A stretch of 64,000 bases of DNA. Origin: Candidatus Obscuribacteraceae bacterium (GTDB lineage Bacteria; Cyanobacteriota; Vampirovibrionia; Obscuribacterales; Obscuribacteraceae). Below, in pieces: positions 57,227-64,000 of the stretch. A model generated the notes under the pieces. It did not search any database. It was not told the DNA's origin and saw only the letters and a program-made list of their open reading frames with translations. The position numbers and the translations under genes were made by a program. Every line of letters starts with the position of its first letter. The first letter of the stretch is position 1. The stretch is from assembly GCA_044226015.1 (NCBI GenBank), contig JBGAHS010000001.1, positions 576,001-640,000 on the forward strand, given 5' to 3'.

Positions 57227-58321
57227 GTGCAAAGTCTTATGCCCGTAGCAAGTCCAGTCAATCAATCGGCTCAAGGGAACACCGGTCACGTGCAAACGCC
57301 TCAGCAAATGTCCATCGTTGATACGATGCCTTTGAAATTGGTCATGATGTTAGCAGCTCCCTACCTGGCAGGCAGAACTGCGGAGGATGCGCTGGCAAAG
57401 GCTCATAAAGTTTATAGGGAATCTCGTTTTGCATCGACCATCGACATTCTAGGTGAGGACGCCACAGTCGAAGCTGATTGCGATCGGTCAGTTGAAAACT
57501 ACAAGCAGCTTATAGACCTCATCGCTGGCAACCTGATTCCATGTTCTCGGGCTCAAGAGCAAATAACAGTCTCTTTTAAGCCTTCTATGTTTAGTACCAT
57601 TTCGCCTGCCTCGGACAAGGCAGACAAGCGTAAGCATCTAGACCGCGCTTATGATCGAATTGAAAGCATCGTTAAGCATGCGCAAGACAAACAGTTGAGA
57701 GTCACATTGGAAGCCGAGGACCATACTTGGACAGACTTCCATTTGGACACATACTATGCGCTTATCGATAAAGGATTTCACAATTGTGGAACTGTGATTC
57801 AATCTCGCCTTTTCCGCACAGAGCAGGACATCAAACGATTTGATGAGCGCATGCGTGTTCGTATGGTTATCGGCATCTACAACGAGCCTTCGAATATTGC
57901 AATGACTGAAAAGCCACCAATGAAAATTAAGGCTGTTGAATACGCAAAAGAATTGCTTGCTCGCGGTGTTTATGTTGAGCTAGCCTCACACGACACAAAC
58001 TGCATGGCAAACTTCATTCAAGATGCGGTGCTGCCAACAAGGGCTCCATCAACTCAGTTCGAGGTTCAACATCTGTTGGGCGTGCCAAGACGCGATATTC
58101 AAATTGCGTTCAACAGCGGTAAGTTCTTCGTTGAAATGGCGCAAAAAGAAACTGGTGCTAATCGAGAGCATCTAGAAGAGTTGGCAAAGACCGGTGTTCT
58201 AGTTCGTATGTATTTGCCTTATGGAACAGATAATGTTGCTGGTCCGTATTGCAAACGGCGCTTGAAAGCGAATCCGAACATGATAGGCTATGGAATAAAG
58301 AACTTCCTGCATATCAAGTAG
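57227..58321 (+). CDS. Monofunctional proline dehydrogenase-like flavoprotein
   Basis: YLAG, DILGE, SFKPS, VIQSRLFRT, ASHD, QHLLGV, RMYLPYG, YCKRRL. Confidence 0.8.
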   Translation: MQSLMPVASPVNQSAQGNTGHVQTPQQMSIVDTMPLKLVMMLAAPYLAGRTAEDALAKAHKVYRESRFASTIDILGEDATVEADCDRSVENYKQLIDLIAGNLIPCSRAQEQITVSFKPSMFSTISPASDKADKRKHLDRAYDRIESIVKHAQDKQLRVTLEAEDHTWTDFHLDTYYALIDKGFHNCGTVIQSRLFRTEQDIKRFDERMRVRMVIGIYNEPSNIAMTEKPPMKIKAVEYAKELLARGVYVELASHDTNCMANFIQDAVLPTRAPSTQFEVQHLLGVPRRDIQIAFNSGKFFVEMAQKETGANREHLEELAKTGVLVRMYLPYGTDNVAGPYCKRRLKANPNMIGYGIKNFLHIK

Positions 58322-58335
58322 AGGACCAGTCCTGT

Positions 58336-58896
58336 TTGAATAAACCGCTCAAAAGCCAAGCTCTTTCTATTCTTGCGCTGGTGGTCTTGGCTGTTCTCGG
58401 CTTCTTTGCTGCAGAGGCTATTTCTGGCATGGTTGAGGTCCGTTTGAAAAAACGGGTTCAGCCGTCTAATCAGGTGCAGGTCAACACCAAAATAAATTGG
58501 ATAGCACCGCATCAGGCTTCTGTGCGTGCGCTTGATGAGCAAAAATCGATTCTCTGTGTTTTCACCAGCACCCTCGACAATGCAGAGTGCAGAAAGCTTG
58601 AGCAAGAATTTTTGGCAGACGAAAAAGTTTGCGAGTATATCAACAAGAATTTCATCGCGGTAATTGTTATAGATAATCCGTCTTTGCCAGACTCATCAAC
58701 TGAGAAAGTTGTGGAGAAAAATTATGGAATCAGCACTTTCCCGACTGTACTTGTGACGGATCCCGATGGGAAAATTCTTGAGCAGAAAAATGGATTCAGC
58801 TCCAAAGATGATTTATTCAAGCTGCTTACCGTGCATGCCAAAACGCACCAAGTAGAAAAAATCGACCCGGCGGCTATTAATCCGCCTCAGCCCTGA
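58336..58896 (+). CDS. Membrane-anchored thioredoxin-fold protein (single Cys at the motif)
   Basis: N-terminal TM; INW, KSILCVFTS..NAECRKL, YGISTFPTVLVTDPDGK; GAGGA before TTG 58336. Confidence 0.7.
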   Translation: MNKPLKSQALSILALVVLAVLGFFAAEAISGMVEVRLKKRVQPSNQVQVNTKINWIAPHQASVRALDEQKSILCVFTSTLDNAECRKLEQEFLADEKVCEYINKNFIAVIVIDNPSLPDSSTEKVVEKNYGISTFPTVLVTDPDGKILEQKNGFSSKDDLFKLLTVHAKTHQVEKIDPAAINPPQP

Positions 58897-59024
58897 GCCG
58901 TGTTTTGCTAAATGCCAATCTCCTTGCAGTCACGATGACCTTTCGTATTGGAGCTTTGGCTTGATTTATTGGTAGTACAATTGTTGAGGCAGGATTTTTC
59001 GAGCTAGTTAGCGCGAGGCATTAC

Positions 59025-60170
59025 ATGAATAAGAAAAAGCTATTTGCGTTACTTTTACTACTTTTATTTAGTCAGAGAGAGATTCTGGCGCAGGAGCCAG
59101 GTCGGAGTATCATGACACGACGGTTTTCCTACGTGAAAAATTCCGCTCAACATACCATTATGTGTGTGCCGTTACTCCAGTCAAAGAGCGAATTCTACAT
59201 TCTTGAATCTCGTGTTTTTGGGATGTTAGCGGAAAAGAAAGCTAAGGAAGCCGAGACGTTAGTGCATGCCGAGATTGCGAACAACAAGTCAGTGAAGTCT
59301 CGGCCGGTTCTAAGAGTTGCCTACGCTGGACTATTAGGTAGTATTTTGAACCGGTCTGAATATCCAGACTCAGAGAAAATCAAAAGAATGACTGAGCAGT
59401 TGCAAGAATGCATCGACTTGAAGATCGCACTGAACGAGACTTATGATGCGTCAGAGCGCGAGCAGATTGCCTTGGGAATATATCGCTTGCGCAATTTTGT
59501 GAATCGCTTTGAGAAGTTTAAAAATGCGATGCATTACAAATCCGAGTTGCAAAAGTGCCCCTGGTTCTCAGAGCTTGAGAAGAATGGTCCCCTGAGAGAG
59601 ATTGTTTTGCCTGCTTCCGATAGTAATTTGGTAGCAAAGGTCTATTTGCCGGCTTTGTATTGGGGGGTTCTTGCTGACAGAGGTCCTATAGTGGGATCAG
59701 ATAAAGAGCGTATTGAAAAAGGACTTCCGGGCGTGTGCATGGAGGCACTAGAAGCAGATCATTCTTCCACCCTTTCCTTTTCTGTGGCACCTATCTCCTC
59801 CGATTCTAGTACTGATAGAGAAACCTTCAACAAATCGCTCAATGGGTTTCGCGAGCTTCAGAAGCTGCCCGATCCGTTGAAGTGGTTTAATCGCTCTTTT
59901 CTTTCCTACAAAACTAACGGACAGATGACCGACAATCCGGAATCCATAAAGATTTCAGGGATAGATGGAATTCTTTACAAGCTGGAAGGTTCTTTTATTG
60001 TAACGGCCGTGCTAGGAAACGATTTCATTACTTATGTTCTATATCTTCCCAAGGAAGATATAGGACAAACTTGGAAAGACTATTCAAAAGCCTATCTCGG
60101 TACTGTTTTTGTCTCAGGCAAAGTCGATACAAATTCAAAACCGGCGGAGGCAAGAAGCAGCTCGAAGTGA
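59025..60170 (+). CDS. Secreted hypothetical protein
   Basis: MNKKKLFALLLLLLFS...ILA signal peptide; GAGG upstream. Confidence 0.65.
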   Translation: MNKKKLFALLLLLLFSQREILAQEPGRSIMTRRFSYVKNSAQHTIMCVPLLQSKSEFYILESRVFGMLAEKKAKEAETLVHAEIANNKSVKSRPVLRVAYAGLLGSILNRSEYPDSEKIKRMTEQLQECIDLKIALNETYDASEREQIALGIYRLRNFVNRFEKFKNAMHYKSELQKCPWFSELEKNGPLREIVLPASDSNLVAKVYLPALYWGVLADRGPIVGSDKERIEKGLPGVCMEALEADHSSTLSFSVAPISSDSSTDRETFNKSLNGFRELQKLPDPLKWFNRSFLSYKTNGQMTDNPESIKISGIDGILYKLEGSFIVTAVLGNDFITYVLYLPKEDIGQTWKDYSKAYLGTVFVSGKVDTNSKPAEARSSSK

Positions 60171-60245
60171 CCAATTTCCTTTGTGTTCTAGTCCTGAATA
60201 ATGGTAGATTATTCAGGACTAAATGTACTGGTTTGAGGTCTATCT

Positions 60246-60866
60246 ATGGTAGAGCACAAAATCGCTGAACGAGACATGATACGCCTGGTTGAGGAAGTAT
60301 CGAAGCTCGACAACGAGCGTAAAGACCAACTGGATAAGGCTGAAGTCGCAAGAATTCTCGACAGCCTGGGATTGCCTACAGAGTTGCTTGATGATGCACT
60401 TCTGCGCTTGCGCAAGAAGCAGAATGCGGAGCAATCGAGGAAGTATGTGCTGATTGGTGTGCTGGGCGCTTTGATAATCGCTGCCAGTGCCTTCTTTTTC
60501 ATTAGTACCAATAATGGTGTTGTGCAAGGACTGTATGCGAAAGTGACTGCCACTGATGCGTACTTCTCTCAAAATGCCGAAGGTTCGGCGCAAATTTCAG
60601 ATGTCTCGCCGGGACAAACGGTTTACGCTCAAGTGACATTGCATAATGTACCTGTAAATAGCAAACTACCCATGCATGCTAAGTGGTATAAGCCTGATGG
60701 ATCCATTCTGAAAGAAAATAGTTGGGTCACTCGCGAGACAACGTCCTCAAATTGGAATACTCATGCTAAATGTGTGATTCCTTCAGATGCACCCGTTGGA
60801 AAATGGATGGTCGAATTCTCACTTGGTGGTCGTCCTGTTATCAGCAAAATCTTCATCGTTAAATAG
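60246..60866 (+). CDS. Membrane protein with a C-terminal beta-rich (DUF3859-like) domain
   Basis: Helical N-terminus (ILDSLGLPTELLDDAL), one TM, then VTLHNVPVNSKLPM..W..PDG, WNTHAKC, PVGKWMV. Confidence 0.65.
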   Translation: MVEHKIAERDMIRLVEEVSKLDNERKDQLDKAEVARILDSLGLPTELLDDALLRLRKKQNAEQSRKYVLIGVLGALIIAASAFFFISTNNGVVQGLYAKVTATDAYFSQNAEGSAQISDVSPGQTVYAQVTLHNVPVNSKLPMHAKWYKPDGSILKENSWVTRETTSSNWNTHAKCVIPSDAPVGKWMVEFSLGGRPVISKIFIVK

Positions 60867-62544
60867 AATCGCCGAACTCGGATTGACTGGTTCTTTTCAC
60901 TTTGCCGAGACTGGGGAAGTAGAAGTAGATCTAGATAAAGTTGGAAGCAGGCACGCGCGCGTGGTTAAGCTAGGAGAGCGGGTAAGTTCCATTGAATTTG
61001 CTATTTCAGGTTTAAGTGAAGAAGCTGATTTGAAACTTGAATTTGGAGTTAATCGAGTTGAAATCACTCGGAATCACTTCGGCAGAATGCAGCTCTTCTG
61101 GGCGCAGATGGGAGCAAGAACGTATTTTTCGACTAGTGCGATTTCGCTAGCACAGATACTCAAGTCCCCAATTTCAAGCAGAGGATTTTATTCCTATTCT
61201 TGCTTTTCATTCATCGCTGCGCCGCTAAGCCCATTTGAAAATATCCATGCACTTGCTGCTGGCTCAACGATTTCTTTCACTCGTGATGAAAGCGCTGAGA
61301 TGCAGCTGACGGAATCTTCGAACGTGCCATGGACAGAGTCAGTGCGCTACACCGAGCCGTCATCCGGTTTGAACTCTGAGCTTAGAGGCTTACTTCTGGG
61401 CGCCATTGAAAAGCAATGTGCTGATCTGGCTGGGCGCAAGACTGCTATCTTTCTTTCTGGTGGTCTAGATTCTGCATTAACGGCGGCACTGCTCAAGAAG
61501 ATTGGTTGCGATTTAACTGCTTATAGCCTTGATTTTGGAGAATTCGGTCGCAGTGAATTGCCTGTTGCTGAGGAGATTGCCAGGTATCTAGGAATTCCAA
61601 TGACAGCAGTGCGTTGTTCACCATCAGACGTAGAACGTTCGTTTCGAGCGACGGTAAGTCGATGTGATACCGTATTTGGTGATGGTGTCACTGTGCCCCT
61701 GAACCTACTCTGCCAGAAGGCGGCAGAGGATGCTTGCGACGTTGTGTTCAACGGTGAAGGTGGAGACCAGCTGTTTGGTGGTTGGACGAACAAACCTTTG
61801 ATAGCATCTACCGTTTACGGCACTGATTTCTTGTGCAACTTGAAGGACGATGATGCCTTCTTCACAAAGTATATGGCGACTTTCCATAAAGTTTACGGTG
61901 CTGAGGGCGTTGCGTTTAACCCTAAGCGGCTGAGTGAGGCTGTATCTGATTTGCATCCATTTTTCAAAACCGCATTTGATTCAAGCAAAAGTAAAACACT
62001 TCTGCATTTTTTGCGGCGCGCCAATCTCCTTTTGAAGGGTGCTCAAAACATTCAGCCTCGTGCCAGCAATCTTGCCCTGTCTCATGGGCTCAGTCTGAGA
62101 ACTATATTTTGCGATGACGATCTTGCAAACTTCACTTTTTCGCTCAGTCCAGATTTGCTGTTAAAAGGTTCTTGTGAGAAGTTTATCCTCAAGCAGTGTG
62201 CAGAAGAGTTTTTACCAGCAGAATTCATCTGGCGTGAGAAACGAGGAATGGGTGTACCTTCAACGCAGTGGTTTCTTGGACCACTCTGGCATTTCGCTGG
62301 CAAATACTTAAATTCTGGACGACTTCAACATTCTGGCTACTGGAATAAAGATATTGCAGAATTACTTGCTCTTGGACAGGCTCACGCCGCCTGGCAAGGA
62401 CGTCGAATAGGAGAGATTCTATGGATGATTCTAAGCTGGGAACTCTGGTCGTCAAACCTGTCTTCTGAGAACCTGAGCAAGTATAATTCCTTCTGGCCCC
62501 CCTTATTGTATTTGAAAGTCAAGAAAGGGGTTATGGAAAATTGA
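60787..62544 (+). CDS. Asparagine synthetase-like ATP pyrophosphatase with a degenerate glutaminase domain (start uncertain, possibly TTG 60883)
   Basis: RNHFGRMQLFW, LSGGLDS, GEGGDQLFGGW, EKFILK, REKRGMGVP; no N-terminal Cys of the Ntn domain. Confidence 0.8.
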   Translation: MHPLENGWSNSHLVVVLLSAKSSSLNRIAELGLTGSFHFAETGEVEVDLDKVGSRHARVVKLGERVSSIEFAISGLSEEADLKLEFGVNRVEITRNHFGRMQLFWAQMGARTYFSTSAISLAQILKSPISSRGFYSYSCFSFIAAPLSPFENIHALAAGSTISFTRDESAEMQLTESSNVPWTESVRYTEPSSGLNSELRGLLLGAIEKQCADLAGRKTAIFLSGGLDSALTAALLKKIGCDLTAYSLDFGEFGRSELPVAEEIARYLGIPMTAVRCSPSDVERSFRATVSRCDTVFGDGVTVPLNLLCQKAAEDACDVVFNGEGGDQLFGGWTNKPLIASTVYGTDFLCNLKDDDAFFTKYMATFHKVYGAEGVAFNPKRLSEAVSDLHPFFKTAFDSSKSKTLLHFLRRANLLLKGAQNIQPRASNLALSHGLSLRTIFCDDDLANFTFSLSPDLLLKGSCEKFILKQCAEEFLPAEFIWREKRGMGVPSTQWFLGPLWHFAGKYLNSGRLQHSGYWNKDIAELLALGQAHAAWQGRRIGEILWMILSWELWSSNLSSENLSKYNSFWPPLLYLKVKKGVMEN

Positions 62545-62547
62545 GCG
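62459..62547 (+). repeat. Imperfect direct repeat, copy 1 (3' end of the asnB-like gene)
   Basis: TGTCTTCTGAGAACCTGAGCAAGTATAATTCCTTCTG...GTCAAGAAAGGGGTTATGGAAAATTGAGCG. Confidence 0.9.
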
Positions 62548-62575
62548 TCGCGAAGACATTTGAGGATCTGCCACT

Positions 62576-63688
62576 TTGAAGTGTATCAGTTGTAGCCAAG
62601 ATAATCTCTTGCGTGACCGGCAAAACGGCAAGTGTTCCCGCTGTTCTCATCCGTTCGTTTTTGATCCGCGCGCAAAAAGCGATTCCTTCAATGACGTGCA
62701 ATTCAAGAGAACTTTAGATGCTATTTCAGTTTCTGGAACTTTGAAGTTCACGACTGAGCAGTTTCAGTATTATTTGAACCGAAGGAAGTTCGTCCAGTCG
62801 AAATCGGTCATGGTTGTGCTATTTGCTCTATTCGGCTTCTTTTTGTCAATTCCTATTTCAACCATTCGGGGATACGGTCCTAACATATTGCTTTTCTACT
62901 GGTTCGTGATATTTCCACTTGTTATTTTGCTCGCCAAGTACAAGCAAAGTAAAGCAGAAAAGTATCCGCAGATGAAATTCAGTTATCGGCAAATTGAAGC
63001 GTTCTTCTCTTCATGGGAAACTACAAATGGGCTTGTTGACTCACTGTTGACAGATCCCTCTAAACTCATTAAAGGTTGTGCGGCAGTACCTGCAGAGGTC
63101 TTGGACTACAGCTTTGATCGTTTGATCGTTACTCAAACAGATGATATTGCTTATTTCCTGATTTCTAACAACTTTCATTTTGAAAACAATTGCGCTGTTT
63201 TGAGTATCAATCAATATCCAAGCAATATTTTCTACACCGTTATGAAAATGTTGCGCAACAACGAGTCTTTGAAGGTTTACGCATTGCATGACTGTACCTG
63301 GGCTGGCTTGAAGATGCTCGACAAGTTGAGCACAGACCCAATTTGGTTTGCTGAACATCCGAATACTCAAATAATTGATCTTGGTTTGTTGCCTCGACAA
63401 ATCATGAATAGAAAGCCTTTTGCGCAAGTGCCTGGACCTGAGGACTTTGAAGAGGAGAAGGAACTTTCAGTAAAGGTACGAAGTGCTCTGACAAAAGAGG
63501 AACGCGATTGGATGGCAAAGAACTATGTCAGATTGGTATCTGTGGCGCCGCAGGCCTTGCTAAGAATGATAAATGCAGGCATAGCCAAAAGTAGAGACCC
63601 AGAACAAGCCAACGCCCTTGTTGCTGTTGATGATGGCTACGCAGGTGACGGTGGCTTGTATATGTATTCTACAGAGAGTTTTGGTTAG
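62576..63688 (+). CDS. Zinc-ribbon + 2 TM + degenerate Toprim-like (TopoVIA/Spo11-type) membrane protein
   Basis: CISC...CSRC, two TM helices, RLIVTQ, VYALHDCTWAGL, DLGLLPRQI. Confidence 0.65.
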   Translation: MKCISCSQDNLLRDRQNGKCSRCSHPFVFDPRAKSDSFNDVQFKRTLDAISVSGTLKFTTEQFQYYLNRRKFVQSKSVMVVLFALFGFFLSIPISTIRGYGPNILLFYWFVIFPLVILLAKYKQSKAEKYPQMKFSYRQIEAFFSSWETTNGLVDSLLTDPSKLIKGCAAVPAEVLDYSFDRLIVTQTDDIAYFLISNNFHFENNCAVLSINQYPSNIFYTVMKMLRNNESLKVYALHDCTWAGLKMLDKLSTDPIWFAEHPNTQIIDLGLLPRQIMNRKPFAQVPGPEDFEEEKELSVKVRSALTKEERDWMAKNYVRLVSVAPQALLRMINAGIAKSRDPEQANALVAVDDGYAGDGGLYMYSTESFG

Positions 63689-63695
63689 AGCTTAA

Positions 63696-63782
63696 TGTCT
63701 TCTGAGAATCTGAGCAAGTATAATTCCTTCTGTCATCAGTATTATGTTTGAGAGTCAAGAAAGGGGTTTTCGAAATTGAGCG
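63696..63782 (+). repeat. Imperfect direct repeat, copy 2 (supplies the RBS and TTG start of the lysA-like gene)
   Basis: TGTCTTCTGAGAATCTGAGCAAGTATAATTCCTTCTG...GTCAAGAAAGGGGTTTTCGAAATTGAGCG. Confidence 0.9.
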
Positions 63783-64000
63783 CTTCTATACTTTCTTCTG
63801 ATGCGCGACGCTTTTGCCCATCTGCAGAGCTTGCTAAGCAACTCGTCGAGGAGTATGGCTCTCCACTTTATGTGTACGACGAGCAAACTCTGTTGAATGC
63901 TATAGAGACTGTCCAGGGTGCTTTCAATTACGAAAATTGTCGCTTTGCTTTTGCGGCGGTAACCAATGGAAATCTCAACCTGCTAAAGATATTCAAGAAT
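63776..64000 (+). CDS. N-terminal part of a diaminopimelate-decarboxylase-like protein (runs off the right edge; not in the ORF track)
   Basis: Hand translation MSASILSSDARRFCPSAELAKQLVEEYGSPLYVYDEQTL...FAFAAVTNGNLNLLKIFKN; YGSPLYVYD is a LysA hallmark. Confidence 0.8.
   Translation, partial: MSASILSSDARRFCPSAELAKQLVEEYGSPLYVYDEQTLLNAIETVQGAFNYENCRFAFAAVTNGNLNLLKIFKN

Noticed and set aside
1..64000. CRISPR array, cas genes, rRNA or an intact mobile element
   Set aside because: No regularly spaced repeats, cas motifs, rRNA-like stretch or complete transposase/integrase were seen by eye.

Overview
Bacterial chromosomal window, plausibly from a non-photosynthetic cyanobacterial relative (Vampirovibrionia/Melainabacteria). 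This is inferred from the cyanobacteria-like tRNA-Lys and DUF3859-type cluster, frequent TTG/GTG starts and large orphan proteins; it is not proven. (1) 1.4-21 kb: an apparently co-regulated island with a Ni-less energy-converting-hydrogenase-related (Ehr/Hyf-like) operon, an Rv0081-like ArsR, a cargo-less ABC/HlyD/TolC exporter, a second ArsR, a degenerate MurF-like gene, a DabB-DabA inorganic carbon pump and an orphan cysD. One pseudo-palindromic operator motif recurs six times upstream of these units, which is the strongest candidate for an undescribed system. (2) 21-33 kb: bcp, dsbD, a GH1 glycosidase, two GT-C-like paralogues, a serine hydrolase and pyrD. (3) 33-49.6 kb: an effector-like region with a Ser/Thr kinase, a protealysin-like M4 protease followed by an IS3 relic, a repeat/membrane-inserting protein and a LysM-papain-like protease flanked by two paralogous small genes. 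(4) 49.6-55 kb: a reductive pyrimidine degradation operon without dihydropyrimidinase, then tRNA-Lys(UUU). (5) 55-64 kb: proline dehydrogenase and a cluster of degenerate enzyme homologues (Asn-synthetase-like, Toprim-like, LysA-like without the PLP lysine), with an ~88-bp direct repeat flanking one gene. All family assignments come from motif recognition by eye; no database searches were run.
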